Source: a virus (taxonomy: Duplodnaviria; Caudoviricetes). Taken from it: a stretch of 64,000 nt of DNA. Under the pieces are notes generated by a model that was not told the DNA's origin, made no database searches, and worked only from the letters and a program-made list of their open reading frames with translations. The DNA lies in IMG/VR virus record IMGVR_UViG_3300029267_001596, positions 284 through 64,283 of that record, one strand, 5' to 3'. Both the position numbers and the translations under genes were made by a program. Shown piece by piece: positions 34,901 through 44,161 of the stretch (position 1 is its first letter; every line of letters begins with the position of its first letter).

Positions 34901-37900
34901 CCGGCGTCTCTCTTGCTCGTATGGGGTGCCGTACAGTCTCTCATCAGCAGACGCTTTCAGTGCGCGTATTTCTTCGGTTAGCCTATCGTATTCGGTTCGC
35001 TCTTTCGGGGTGAGGAAATCGTCGGCGTCGTGGAGCGCCTTCCGTGTCAAGCGTTTCGCGTTGGGTTGCCCCCTGAACCGAGCCCTTATCGCCTGTTCGC
35101 CCTCCCGAATCGTTTGCGCGAACGGCTCGGCTTGCTCTCTTAATTCGCGGAGCTTCTTTTGGTCGTTTTCAATTTCTTGCTTCCGTCGCGCCGCCTGATC
35201 AGATAGAATTGGATCGGCTTCAGTTCTCTTGGATGCAGCTGCAATGACCTTGCGCCTGCCCTGTTCAGATTGCGATCTGATGTCAAGTTTGCTGAAGCCT
35301 TCTTCTTTTGTCCCTCCAGGCCGCTCGGGGTTCGGAGGCTGTTGCTCGCGGCCCACCCCTTTGTCTTCCGTCACGGGTTCTACTGTAGCAGATCCCTCCC
35401 CGGTATTCAAATTTTCGCCCGTTTTCTTTAATACGGGCTCGGCTGTTCTATTTTTCTTTAATGCCTGATCGGCCCACTCCGCGCCCTGGTACTCTTCTAG
35501 GACGTTGCGCGGGACAGGTTTTCCCTCCGATACGGCTTGCATGACGGCGTCGTAATGCGCCCTGCGTAGACTCGGAGCATCCTTGACCGAAACAAACGCC
35601 CCGGAATTATCGACAAAGCCAGAGACAAAGCCTTGCTGTTGGCCTACATCCTGAAGACCGCTTGGCACTTGATTCCAGTCATGGATTCTTCCGGTCGGTA
35701 TAACCTCGTCACCGATTTTGAATGCCGCCTGAACATCCTGTTCAGCTCGATGAATTTGCTGATACTCTTCTCTCGTCATCTCCCAGGGCTGTGGGCTTTT
35801 TGTGGCTACATCCTTGGACACTTTTTGCTCCGCCTCGGTTGTAACCTCTGGCGGGGTCGCGACTTCGTCAGGCACTGTTTTGGGCGTAACCTCTGACATG
35901 TCGTGCGATGACAAGACGATGCGGGCCGCCCTGGCGATAGCTGCGACATCCGCCGGTGCAGTACGGACCTCTTTGGGGCCCCCTTGTACCTGTCCTTTCT
36001 CGGCAGCCTTGGCATACTTAGCGGCTATCTCAGACGCCAACGACGCGTCATCCAGAAGTCGCGTCGCGTCGCGTTGGATGCGGGGGGCCACAGAGTAATC
36101 AGAGAATTCATCAAGCGAGTTCTCAAGTGCAAGCAGGATGCGTCGGGCTGGTTCTGGCACATCACTGGTCTCCCCTGTTTTCGTGGATAGTTGCCGGGAA
36201 AGCACCGCCCGCGCCTCAGCGGGCGACATCTTCAACACCTCGGCCATGCCCTTGCCCGTCTTGTCCATGACGGACCGGACTTCGGTTTTGCTGAGGGGTT
36301 CTACTTGGCCTTCTGCGGCCTTTACTTGGACATCGGGGGCCTTTGGTTGGAGGTCTTCCTTTGGTTCCTGCGTCTCCTCCACCCCAGGGGCAGGAGCTTC
36401 AGGCTGCTCTGTGATAGATGCCTTGGGCGGCGCAGCCGGTGGTGTGGCCGCCGGTGCCTGGGGCAGTGCTTCAGTAGTTGCCGTCCAGCCGTTCGGCAGA
36501 GCCTGGAACGTCGTCCCTGATGGGTACACCGCCTTCTGTGCACCCTCTGCGCTACGGACCACCACCACCTGCTCTTTTCCATGCCAACCTCCAGGCAGGG
36601 GCTTCTTACTCGGACCCAGGACCTCGTTCAGTTCCGAGCGCGCCTCACGAACGCCCGATTGGATGCGCTGACGGAGAGTCTTGGCATCCGGCTGTTTCGG
36701 GGCCTTGATCTGCGACAGTTGTTTGTGCGTCTTACCCGGTTCTCCAAACCGATAACCACGGTCCATCAGCTTTTGTGCTGCTTGCTGAGCCGTCATGCCC
36801 TGTCGCTGGGGTGCAAATGCGTCGGCCGGCTGACGGTGGGCGTCGCGCTTGACGTGGTGCATGACGTCCTTGATCTTTCCCGCCTCCTGTCGGAGCAGGC
36901 GGGCGCTCATCTTGGCGGGCATCCCCTGTTTGACACGCACATGATGGCGATCGTAGGCCGCGCGGCGCATGGTGCTGTCCATGTCGCGCAGGTACTTCTG
37001 TTGCTGCTTGATGCTCCAGGCGTTGAAGGCGACCGGCAATAGTGCGGCAATGGCAATATCCTCACCACTTCCACCCTGCGCGGCGGTCTTGCCGGCGAAC
37101 AGGGCGGACTCGGCGGCTGTCTTGCCGACCTTGCCTGCCAGGCTGGCCGTGGGGATCTGACCAATAGCACCCAAGGCCCCGCGTGTCGTCGCCCCTTCGC
37201 CAGGAAGTCCACCGTCCATCTGAGTGACGATCTCCCAGGCAACGGCGTCGGGCAGGACCGTACCGGACGGCAGCAGCTTCTTGGCGACCATGACGCGACT
37301 GATGAACGCACCGAGACCGGCTGTGATATCCACCGCCTTCTCGGCCTTTGTCTCGGCCGGCTCCACATCGAACGCCACTGAGCCCCGTTCTTTCTCCAGG
37401 GCCTGTTGGGTTTGGACGGCCTTGGCGCGATGTTCCGGCTTCAGGGCCGCCAGCCAGCCGGAGGCGACCAGTTTCGGAACAGCCTTGAGCCCTTCCCAGA
37501 ACGTGACCTTCTCCCCTTCGGGAGATAGACCCAGTCGTTCCGCTTCCTCTTGCCAGGCCAGCATATTCGTGACAGCGTTAACCGCCCCGGACGAGGGGCG
37601 GGCCTTCTCGATATCCTCCAGAATGGCCTTGTTGCCGAACTGCTTGCCCGCGCGGCCGGCAAGACCTCCGACCTTCTGTTGGACGGCCCCAGCGATCGGA
37701 GACGGCTCGAAGTAGTCAGAGATACCCCGGATCGGCCGAGCCTCGTCCAGGGCCCTGTTGAACAGATCGACCGGAACGCGACCCTGGTCGCTGCGCATGT
37801 AGTCCTGTTGTTCCGCTTCGCCCAGGCTACCCGGCTCGGGCGTCAGGAAGTCGGCTACGACGTTGCGCATCGTCTGGGCCCTGTCCGGGCCAACGATCTT

Positions 37901-38029
37901 CTCCGTCGCCTCGTCCAGCGACCGACCGGCCCGGACGGCCCGCATCGTCTCGGCGCGCCGTGATGGCTGAGCCGGCGGCTGGGCGGCTGGTGTGCCCGTC
38001 ATGGACCTTAGCTTCTCAAGCCTGGACAT
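28928..38029 (-). CDS. Giant (3033 aa) polyvalent internal virion/ejection protein with N6-adenine DNA methyltransferase domain (DarB-like)
   Basis: FFPTP...VLEPSAGKG...IVMNPPY...GGRVVALM; helical C-terminal region typical of ejection proteins; position after small ejection genes. Confidence 0.8.
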   Translation of the reverse strand: MSRLEKLRSMTGTPAAQPPAQPSRRAETMRAVRAGRSLDEATEKIVGPDRAQTMRNVVADFLTPEPGSLGEAEQQDYMRSDQGRVPVDLFNRALDEARPIRGISDYFEPSPIAGAVQQKVGGLAGRAGKQFGNKAILEDIEKARPSSGAVNAVTNMLAWQEEAERLGLSPEGEKVTFWEGLKAVPKLVASGWLAALKPEHRAKAVQTQQALEKERGSVAFDVEPAETKAEKAVDITAGLGAFISRVMVAKKLLPSGTVLPDAVAWEIVTQMDGGLPGEGATTRGALGAIGQIPTASLAGKVGKTAAESALFAGKTAAQGGSGEDIAIAALLPVAFNAWSIKQQQKYLRDMDSTMRRAAYDRHHVRVKQGMPAKMSARLLRQEAGKIKDVMHHVKRDAHRQPADAFAPQRQGMTAQQAAQKLMDRGYRFGEPGKTHKQLSQIKAPKQPDAKTLRQRIQSGVREARSELNEVLGPSKKPLPGGWHGKEQVVVVRSAEGAQKAVYPSGTTFQALPNGWTATTEALPQAPAATPPAAPPKASITEQPEAPAPGVEETQEPKEDLQPKAPDVQVKAAEGQVEPLSKTEVRSVMDKTGKGMAEVLKMSPAEARAVLSRQLSTKTGETSDVPEPARRILLALENSLDEFSDYSVAPRIQRDATRLLDDASLASEIAAKYAKAAEKGQVQGGPKEVRTAPADVAAIARAARIVLSSHDMSEVTPKTVPDEVATPPEVTTEAEQKVSKDVATKSPQPWEMTREEYQQIHRAEQDVQAAFKIGDEVIPTGRIHDWNQVPSGLQDVGQQQGFVSGFVDNSGAFVSVKDAPSLRRAHYDAVMQAVSEGKPVPRNVLEEYQGAEWADQALKKNRTAEPVLKKTGENLNTGEGSATVEPVTEDKGVGREQQPPNPERPGGTKEEGFSKLDIRSQSEQGRRKVIAAASKRTEADPILSDQAARRKQEIENDQKKLRELREQAEPFAQTIREGEQAIRARFRGQPNAKRLTRKALHDADDFLTPKERTEYDRLTEEIRALKASADERLYGTPYEQERRRQQKREAHRDRIRSHPYLDAKGHLNNAYLGELDRWAEANGLEIAEYTSAAGNSQYITIKQIEPNHTRTELLKIRLSDHISGQLSASAFREPDIDLEVTDTNIADIVMRFEEEVNEALASFDRTAGQEAPGIQSPSKQAPHQPVAGQVKRAATSQPSETAHDPRTIQAFNAYWAEASDKPDNIQDAVLEYLADSDPEFQRVENDIADLELGPNKDEPGTKAEVDRLGDQLEAVRNEMVAKVAEAQAAAGVTDAPPVKKTLKQAVDEKRVGKLRDLADRMDSQIEAKLNPAIGQQNVTARRASIAGNMMEQGRRMQEVQQLLRAIADRIEAGDLPESLAKVKTKADAETVLAQTYSPPWMHKSVVDDALKAIKGKPGAPAIRDALKGVPRHGAYGYEPRTAEQLKAMEQLTRVARKHGARLGREDLAQGKRFWALGIRSQADLDKARNDARSLLKPAPKDSRTDQKIREKTAALIGVKIPGFFPTPATVGKRMVESAEIEEGMKVLEPSAGKGDLADVIKQETGIAPDTVETSSSLGDILALKGYQPVARDFMEFEGKYDRIVMNPPYEKGQDIEHVRHAYDLLEPGGRVVALMSEGSFTRSDKKATQFREWLEEVDGTSERLPAKSFTGKESFRQTGVSVRMVVIEKPATHTAHQPSPGEGSGSEAPGEPRDAETQGSAFTESKRRAAMGKTTKAIKNHPLYTLAQEQASEESFTSVGLTRYYIPERYKGEVEAYAGEKRTAAGDYKSELGQYVTHDKNRGQHWDEAAQEMGWPGDINGFLERLKGAVAAQGKTGKTKFDQALAEQAAQGGDPELELLLLKRNMLADREDVGDINAAISKALQVMQEDYGLDSETVTYLRQTHSIGSEGPGYQVSVGAASINWKSRRNAVDRAIKASGKLGRPMYVVQGSTGKFQTRPKPPAKGHYTLVDMSQPIRDQVRYVKQASPTIEEAFDYGEHPKVSQRHLSKLQQFKNRLKAENADLIAIGAELFDYVRKNVPKADQHRFLSILQRVNPKARTKTNLKDLGKVIAKTEEVLRGNDKRAAIAELKATWKKIQKDYRRGQAKLGKLDKAARDRIEKLMGGIQLKDISAVKRVQLETLGRRISKLARELGTTMQQIDPATGAMLLDVPEARIKEMARLGQTSIRSMTADDIRAITSTLKYIVHQYETSRQIFEENEARERDAVLKAMLDEVVPTKEAVRRTARDLEGLPQEIRKPARKVARRVLKTDSAHLDTLAELMTRSGDTQTRRLFSDALNDGWRKRADLIRRAIVMIEEGVDEIGFTHQDFKALQKDTVEIESGAVKRKVPVEYVMDLYMHLQNPDNVERFMTTTGHRLKGELLPAFKDLAQLNQAVDQLSDKQRAFCDLYTDLNNEILAPGINEVALRLEGYELATNPNHWRIHRALPSKMSGRISDVAIEDSGPFQPRTGGTQRIEIRPFTQEVVNNIQTAATYYGMAVPMRNLRSIVNTSEWQDAMRKAGHQDLVSAALTILRRVQGYRTDQSVAEMAGQKLLSKFARSVLGLRISTVGNQILSAPVAQSEIKPRYFLKALTKAQVLARVKKMKELSPVLWERWTGKKINVEVGSLMAQHTMETLVWDKSPILEKPMKGLVWGDQAAIAHIHAAAEAETRALHPELKGEAFDEAVIRRTEYVTRRTQPMWDMLNRSVLSGSPSLWLRLGLMFRSAREKQWNVLLRANNSLAKGGGKGGWQYSQEVGGVIAANALIAAWKWGLRYGLYTGSVAALVALGVIDPDDKEGPSKGERRRLAGKLAEDTAGNLLSLMPGGQHLQSGLKLALKRTRGEHVWKAEPYDDPIGQMFADSYSLAFDKGPQIAQEIASQERFQSGPRKGELKWRGHAEDAAAEAAIVVAQLAGVPLPGPTQELYWPVQRALREHENPYRMMTNPEKLLALADVTYADSRKTALREPDKWVAHEGKEEKAERIKRALKDLTPADFTEWSRLSVLERQANRARSQERRRRVKALIQQSQGASR

Positions 38030-38030
38030 G

Positions 38031-39041
38031 TCAGCCCCTGATCAGTGCGATGATTTCCTTGGCGCTGAGCTTGCGCTTCTGGCCCGGGTTCTTCTCGTCC
38101 TTGACCCCGTTCTGGATCGCGGCGAGCAGCTCGCGGTAGAACTCGGGGTCCCGCCGGTAGTCGGCGCGCAGATCGAAGCCGGGTAGCGATTTGCCGAGTA
38201 TGGCCTCCAGCTCCTGGAACTGCTGGGCCATCTGGCGGTTATCCACCCCGAGGTCGGTCAGAGTCGTCGGCTCACCGCCGGCGGCGACACCTTGTGGCTT
38301 CTGCGTACCCGCCAGACCGCCTCCGAACATGCCGCCTAGAGAGGCAAGGCCGCCCTTAGGAACCACCGCGCTGCGATCGGGGCCCGTGGCGCCGGGCGGG
38401 CCTTGAGTGGCCCAATCGAACGGCGAGGCCTGGACATCCTTACTAGGTGGGGTCTGCGTAGCCAGAGCGGGCGAATCGGGCGGTCCCTGAGCATTCCAGT
38501 CGAACGCCGAGGCCTGGACATCCTTCTCGTTGTTCTCCATTGCCGCTGCGGCGGGATCGAATTGCGGGCGCGTCGAGAAGTAATCGCGCACCCCAGCAGC
38601 TCGGCCCGCCGTCTGCCGGCCGGGATCGAAGTGGTCTTGAGGTTGGGACAACTTCTTGCGTCGCTCCTCAATGTCCGGCGCGATTACATCGCCGCCGCCG
38701 TACGAGGAAGCACCCCAGTTCTGTTTAGCGACGCTCGCCTCGCGACCAAGCTGAGTCAGCGCCGCGAGTTTCGGGTCGGCTGAGAGCTTCACGGTCGTAT
38801 CGATCATGGCCTGAGGTACGCCCGCCTGTTGCGCTACGGATACGTAGGCCTGGCGCCACTGATCGGAGCCGGGATCGCCGTACTGGGCGGCCGTCTCCAT
38901 CGCGGCCTTGTGACCCGTGAGGATCGCGGCCTGCTCGTCTCGCCGCATCCGCGCAGTATGGGCCTCTCGCTCTCGTCGTGCACCTCCTATGGGGGGCAGC
39001 ACCGCTTCTGCTACATCGCCGAAAAACTGCGCAACGCTCAT
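38031..39041 (-). CDS. Putative internal virion/ejection protein
   Basis: Ala/Gln-rich; duplicated KDVQAS.FDW..QGPP; synteny. Confidence 0.55.
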   Translation of the reverse strand: MSVAQFFGDVAEAVLPPIGGARREREAHTARMRRDEQAAILTGHKAAMETAAQYGDPGSDQWRQAYVSVAQQAGVPQAMIDTTVKLSADPKLAALTQLGREASVAKQNWGASSYGGGDVIAPDIEERRKKLSQPQDHFDPGRQTAGRAAGVRDYFSTRPQFDPAAAAMENNEKDVQASAFDWNAQGPPDSPALATQTPPSKDVQASPFDWATQGPPGATGPDRSAVVPKGGLASLGGMFGGGLAGTQKPQGVAAGGEPTTLTDLGVDNRQMAQQFQELEAILGKSLPGFDLRADYRRDPEFYRELLAAIQNGVKDEKNPGQKRKLSAKEIIALIRG

Positions 39042-39055
39042 GTCCTATCTCTCCA

Positions 39056-39901
39056 CTACTGTCCGAAGCCAACATTGAACGAACTGCCTGAGCCCTTGCT
39101 GTAGCTCATCGTCTGACCGATCAGGCTCAGCAGGATCGCCAGGTTGGTCGGGTCGGTGATCTGGTTCTCTTCGGCGTACTGGGTAATGGCCGCCTGAATC
39201 TCGGCCTGTTCCTGCGTCTGGCCCTGCTGGCCGATCCCGAACAGGTCGTTGAGTCCGCCGATCTGGGCGGCCGCGATGCTCAGGTTGTTCATCGTCTCCT
39301 GGGCCGGCTGCTGGCCGTACTGCATAGCCGAACCGAGGGTGTTGAGCGTGCGGTCCGCCTTGCTCTCGGCCAGGGCCTGGTTCGATTGCAGGACGTCCCA
39401 GTCCAGATCGCCCTTGGCTTCGCTGAGGTAGCGGGCGGTGTCCGATGCGGCCGATTCGCGGGCCTTGGCCCGGCCGGAGCCGAAGAAGTTGCCGCCGGCG
39501 AAACCCTCGTCGATGCTCGGCAGCACATCGTTCTTCAGGGCGTACATCGTCGGGTCGTAGAGACTCGTCTTGAAGTAATGTTCGGTCTGCTCCGGTGTGA
39601 TCTGTTTGCCGCCGACATCACCGGCCAGCAAGTCCTTGACCGCAGTCCCCGTTTCCTGGGACAGGGGCGTTCCGGCCTTCTGAGGTGTGCCGAACATGTC
39701 CAGAAAGTTCGGCGCCGAGTCCAGAACCCCCTGCTGGACGCCCGTCAGGTCGGCGACGCGATCGCCTTGATAGACGTTCTGGTTCTGGCCCAGCGTGGGC
39801 AGATAAACGTCCAAGGCGTCCAGCAAGGCTTCCTTTTGTTGGGGCAGGTAGCTGGTGCTCTTCGATGACGATTTAGAGCTTCCGAATCCAAGCAGTGCCA
39901 T
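39056..39901 (-). CDS. Putative DNA-transfer/ejection protein
   Basis: FGSSKSSSKST N-terminus, YQGDRVA, G.FFGSGR, Q/A/G-rich. Confidence 0.7.
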   Translation of the reverse strand: MALLGFGSSKSSSKSTSYLPQQKEALLDALDVYLPTLGQNQNVYQGDRVADLTGVQQGVLDSAPNFLDMFGTPQKAGTPLSQETGTAVKDLLAGDVGGKQITPEQTEHYFKTSLYDPTMYALKNDVLPSIDEGFAGGNFFGSGRAKARESAASDTARYLSEAKGDLDWDVLQSNQALAESKADRTLNTLGSAMQYGQQPAQETMNNLSIAAAQIGGLNDLFGIGQQGQTQEQAEIQAAITQYAEENQITDPTNLAILLSLIGQTMSYSKGSGSSFNVGFGQ

Positions 39902-39913
39902 GATGGGTCTCCT

Positions 39914-40069
39914 TTACGCGTCCGCCTTCTCGTCGTGCAGGCGCTCAATCTCGCGGTGGATGTCACGCAAGTGCTCTTGCAGATACAGCGCCATCTGCCG
40001 GGCATACTCGGCGGGGTCGCCGTTGAATTCCGGGCCGGGTCGCGGTTCCGGTATCTCCTTCGTGCTCAT
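39914..40069 (-). CDS. Small tail-associated protein
   Basis: ATGA coupling to the tail tube gene. Confidence 0.55.
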   Translation of the reverse strand: MSTKEIPEPRPGPEFNGDPAEYARQMALYLQEHLRDIHREIERLHDEKADA

Positions 40070-41775
40070 AATGGCGCCCCCACAGGTGGGTTGATGACCA
40101 TCTTCTTGACGACCAGACTGCTGCCGGCGTAGTTGGCGATCCGGAACTGGATCTGATCGCTGGTGACGTTCAACTCGAACCCGTAGCTCTGGTAGGCATC
40201 CGTCAGGGTTGTGGGCGAGAACGCCACCCACCCTTCATCGTTGGTCTCGAACGAATCGATTCGATAGCTGACCCGCATGGCCGAACCTTTGGCCACGAGG
40301 TAGAGCATCGACCACCACTTCTCGACTCCGGGCGCACCGAAATCGAAGACCTTGCTGTTCGAGACGGCGACGATATTGGTCCCGTCATCGGCGGTCAGCG
40401 TCTCGTCCACCTGGTAGACGTAGCCGCTGTCGTCCGCGACCATCAACCCGTCGTCGGTCAGGACGGTGTCAATCAACTGATCCCACGTGGTGCCGGCGGC
40501 GATCGCCTGGGTGTACGTCTTGGCCTCATTGATATCCTGCTGCCAGGTTTTGCCGGTGACATAACTCTGTCCGCCCATCAGTGCGGCGGCCACGATGCCG
40601 TGCGATGCGTCGTACAGATGCTCGAAATCGCGAATCGTCCAGGAACCGTCGATGGCGTCAACCCCGTACGCCCGCGTCGGATACGCATAGCCAGGCCGCA
40701 CGACAAAAATCCAGATCATGCGACCGTTGGCGTCCACGCTCATACGGCAGCGGTTCAGCTTGGCTGGGTCGATGTCCTCCTGGAGCGACTCGAAGACCTG
40801 CTTGCCGATCGGGTCCATCGTCGTGCCCCCGGTATACCGGTACAGCTGATAGTCGCTGCCGACCAGATAGTGTGCGTTCTTCCAGGGGACGATCAACGGG
40901 GCGGCCAACAGACCCAAATTCGGGATCTGCAGTCTTGCCATGAGCGCCGGATCGGAGTTGACGTGGTAGAGGTACCAGATTGAATTGTCCTGATAGACGA
41001 TCAGTTGCGAGGCCCCCAGCGCAGCGCACCAGAGGTTTTGGCCGCCGGTGTCCATCAGTGCGACGTATCCCGCCCCGGTATCGGTGATCGTAAAGGCCGT
41101 ACCGCTGGCGGCCGTCTCCACCTTCCCCGGCTTGCCCCACAGAACGGTCTGAGGGTTTTGAATGAACTCGTCGCTCGCCGCGTTCCAGGTCTTCGGGTTC
41201 AGGAGGATAACATGATTGAAGAACGTGTTGACCTGGGCGGCGTAATGGGCGGTCGGGGTCGCGGGGTCGGCATCCGTCTCATGGTAGCCGTCCGCGCCCG
41301 CCAGTTCGTGGAAGGTGTCCTCGAACTTGCCCGCCCATCGGTAGATCGGACTCTCCCCGCCGTCGCAGGCCAGCAGATGGTAATAGCACGCCGTCCCGTC
41401 CTCGGTGATCGCGTCGGTGTGGGGAATGCCCACGAACGAGGGGATGCTGTCGGGCCCGGCGTTCAGCCCAGACGAAGGGCTGATATCGGCCCAATCGTCG
41501 GCTAGAGAGTCCCACCGCCACAACTTGCGGCGCGTCATGGCGACGACGTGGTCTGTCGGATTGCGCGACTGCTCCTGGTAATGGCACAGGCCGAGCAAGG
41601 CGGTATCCAGAGGCAGGCCGGAGGCGGCGAATTTGGCGAAGCCGGGGGCCGTCTTCATGGCGCCCCGCGTGAACAGCATGTTCCGCGCGAACGCCATCTG
41701 CCCATCGGCGATCTCGCTGGCCGGGTCGTAGGTGTTGAGGCCTCGACCTAAATTGTTGATCGTCAGCCCACTCAT
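40066..41775 (-). CDS. Tail tubular/head-stabilisation protein (P22 gp10 / T7 gp12-like)
   Basis: GLNT.DP...I......ARN....G.....PG N-terminus; beta-propeller-like body; S.VFDFG.P..EK C-terminal motif. Confidence 0.75.
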   Translation of the reverse strand: MSGLTINNLGRGLNTYDPASEIADGQMAFARNMLFTRGAMKTAPGFAKFAASGLPLDTALLGLCHYQEQSRNPTDHVVAMTRRKLWRWDSLADDWADISPSSGLNAGPDSIPSFVGIPHTDAITEDGTACYYHLLACDGGESPIYRWAGKFEDTFHELAGADGYHETDADPATPTAHYAAQVNTFFNHVILLNPKTWNAASDEFIQNPQTVLWGKPGKVETAASGTAFTITDTGAGYVALMDTGGQNLWCAALGASQLIVYQDNSIWYLYHVNSDPALMARLQIPNLGLLAAPLIVPWKNAHYLVGSDYQLYRYTGGTTMDPIGKQVFESLQEDIDPAKLNRCRMSVDANGRMIWIFVVRPGYAYPTRAYGVDAIDGSWTIRDFEHLYDASHGIVAAALMGGQSYVTGKTWQQDINEAKTYTQAIAAGTTWDQLIDTVLTDDGLMVADDSGYVYQVDETLTADDGTNIVAVSNSKVFDFGAPGVEKWWSMLYLVAKGSAMRVSYRIDSFETNDEGWVAFSPTTLTDAYQSYGFELNVTSDQIQFRIANYAGSSLVVKKMVINPPVGAPL

Positions 41776-41776
41776 G

Positions 41777-42802
41777 CTATTTCAGGAACCCAACGAGTTT
41801 GAGAGTAATCGTAGCGTTGTTGTTGGCCCCGATCCGGATGATACCGCTGGAGTCGGTCATACACACCACGTAGCCGACCTTGGCGGAGGTGCCGAGATAC
41901 GCGAACGAGGCACCTAGCGAGCTTCCGCCGTAGTGGTTGTCGAACGTGCCGCTGCCGTACCCCTTCGGTTTAGCTGCAAAGTACACGCCTTTCGATGCCT
42001 GGACCTCCAAATAGACCAGTGCCACGGCACTGCCGATTTGGCCCGAGAGGTCCAGATCGGTCCATGTATCAGGCGTCAGCGCCGCATTGTGGACCACCGT
42101 GCCGTTCGCCTGGCACCGCGCCGCATCACCGGCGTCGACGTAGGCTTTGACTGACTGCTGAGTCGGAACGTGGTCGGCGCTGTCCGACGCCATATCGTCT
42201 TCGTCGACAATGACTGCGGCGACGGCGGCGTCGGCGTAGGTGTTCGCGTCAGTCACGGCGGCGTCGACGTAGGCCTTGACAGACTGCTGGCTGGGTACCT
42301 GCGTGTCGGAATCGGACGTCATATCGTCCTCGTCGAGCATTCCGGCCATCGGCTTTTCCGTCCCGTCGGCGCCCTTGAAGTACAGTTCGTTGCCCTTCAT
42401 GTAGAGCCCGCGATCGGGCTCGTTGCCGGCCGTGTAGAGGGCCAGGGCCAGTTCGCCGGCGGGCGTCCACGTATTGGGACTGCCAATGGCTGTCAGGCTC
42501 TTGATGACATTGTTTGTGGTATCGATCCAGATGCGCCCGAGGTCGGCGGACGTCAGCGCCGTCGAGCCGTCCGGGCGAGTTGTTGGCGCCGTGTCTTGGA
42601 TCCAGGCTACTGCCGAGCCCTGCTTGTGCTCACCGCCAGCGGTCGAACCGGCGGGCGTGGTGTGCTCCTTCTGCAGGCGCAGCCGCAGGCCCATCCGCAG
42701 GTCGCGGATCTCCAAGGCGCCGTTGCCGTGTGCGTCACTCAGCGCCGGAGCGTCTTCGTCCCAGGCGGTTCCGGTCGGTGGTGGTCCGATGTCGTTGGCC
42801 AT
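41777..42802 (-). CDS. Tail fibre/needle protein
   Basis: Two DEDDM.SDS...VP.QQSVKAYVD repeats; WTDLDLS C-terminal domain. Confidence 0.7.
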   Translation of the reverse strand: MANDIGPPPTGTAWDEDAPALSDAHGNGALEIRDLRMGLRLRLQKEHTTPAGSTAGGEHKQGSAVAWIQDTAPTTRPDGSTALTSADLGRIWIDTTNNVIKSLTAIGSPNTWTPAGELALALYTAGNEPDRGLYMKGNELYFKGADGTEKPMAGMLDEDDMTSDSDTQVPSQQSVKAYVDAAVTDANTYADAAVAAVIVDEDDMASDSADHVPTQQSVKAYVDAGDAARCQANGTVVHNAALTPDTWTDLDLSGQIGSAVALVYLEVQASKGVYFAAKPKGYGSGTFDNHYGGSSLGASFAYLGTSAKVGYVVCMTDSSGIIRIGANNNATITLKLVGFLK

Positions 42803-42811
42803 GTCTCACTC

Positions 42812-44152
42812 CTATTCCACGTCCTCGTAGAGGATGTAACTGGACCGGTCCTCGGCGTTCTGTTCGGTCTCCAGGTCGCAGTGGGACTCATACTCGACGA
42901 GCCAGCCGTCCCATTCGCTCTCTTTGGCCTCCGCAGCGACCAGGAGGGTCTGTTGGCCTTTGGCGATCGCCCGCAACGCCTTGGCCTGGGCCCAGAGGAT
43001 CAGGCCGTCGTCGGCGTCATCGAGGTCACAGGTCTGCGTACTGGACGTCGAGGTGAACCGCGCCGGCTTCTTGGTGTAATCGAAACGGATATCGAGCCCG
43101 TTGTAGTTCGAGGAGAACGGGCAGGAGAACCGGATCGTGCCCCCGTCGCGCGTCCAGTAGGTCGGCAGTCCCTCCGAGACCGATTCCGGGGCCGGGTACC
43201 GGTCGTTGAACCATGGTTTCGGCCGGAACGTGATCTGGTGCGTTTCGGTCCCATTGAGCACCCAGATCGCGTGCGAATGCCAGAGATTGCTAATGCTCGT
43301 CAGGTCCAGTTCGTAGTCGCCGGTCGCCACATCGTAGGTCGTCGTGTCCCGGACCTGAAGCTCCAGGGCCTGGGGCACGCGCTCGGCGATCTTTCGCATG
43401 GCCTCGTTCAGGGCGTCCAGAATGATCTCCGAGATCGGCATGGTGCTGGAGGTGTCGTGTCGACCGACCAGATGGAGGATCCGGGTGATCAACTCGGCGC
43501 ACGTCTTCTTCTCGCCACTCGAGGTGGGGGTCAGCGCCGTAGCGATATCCAGCGTGAACGCGACCGTACCCGATACCGGCTGGATCGTTGCGTCGGCGAA
43601 GCTGTAGTTGTTGTGCCCACAGAAGACGTAGTAGGTCTCGTCCAGAGACAGATAGAATTCGACCTGGCCGCTGGCGTCGGTCGTGCGCGGATAGCCGAGC
43701 TGGGTCGTCGAATCGTTCTGGTCGCTCACCCAGACCGAGATACCAGGGGCCGGTGTGCCCCCGGTAGTCCGGACCGTCACAGACACGAGGGTCTGGCCCG
43801 GACCCTGCATCAGATCGAAGGTGCTCAGCCACTGGGTGCCCGTCCATCGGCCATGCACTTCGGAGATAGGCGCATCGTCGTCCGAGGGCGAGGCCCCCGA
43901 CTGGATGTAGAAGATGATCGTATAATCGCCAACCGGAACCCCGGTCGGCATATCGGCGGTCCACAGGGAGCCGCCCTGCGACGTTACCGCGAAGTCGTAA
44001 TCGTCGGCATCCCGACCCAACGTCCCCCAGGTCTCGAAGGTTGGTGTGACGGCGTCGATGTACCAGACCTTGCCCGTCGACGGCTGGCGCAGGGCCGCCC
44101 AGAGCGTCGGGGAATCGTAGTTCGAGTAGGTCAGATGGATTTCACGACTCAT
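42812..44152 (-). CDS. Head-tail adaptor (tail tubular A-like) with N-terminal accessory domains
   Basis: ELITRILHLVG...ILDALNEAMRKI...G..DY.L...GLPTYW. Confidence 0.7.
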   Translation of the reverse strand: MSREIHLTYSNYDSPTLWAALRQPSTGKVWYIDAVTPTFETWGTLGRDADDYDFAVTSQGGSLWTADMPTGVPVGDYTIIFYIQSGASPSDDDAPISEVHGRWTGTQWLSTFDLMQGPGQTLVSVTVRTTGGTPAPGISVWVSDQNDSTTQLGYPRTTDASGQVEFYLSLDETYYVFCGHNNYSFADATIQPVSGTVAFTLDIATALTPTSSGEKKTCAELITRILHLVGRHDTSSTMPISEIILDALNEAMRKIAERVPQALELQVRDTTTYDVATGDYELDLTSISNLWHSHAIWVLNGTETHQITFRPKPWFNDRYPAPESVSEGLPTYWTRDGGTIRFSCPFSSNYNGLDIRFDYTKKPARFTSTSSTQTCDLDDADDGLILWAQAKALRAIAKGQQTLLVAAEAKESEWDGWLVEYESHCDLETEQNAEDRSSYILYEDVE

Positions 44153-44161
44153 GAGCTACGG

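Noticed and set aside
42140-42340. Direct repeats as recombination sites
   Set aside because: Explained by the duplicated DEDDM.SDS...QQSVKAYVD fibre motif.
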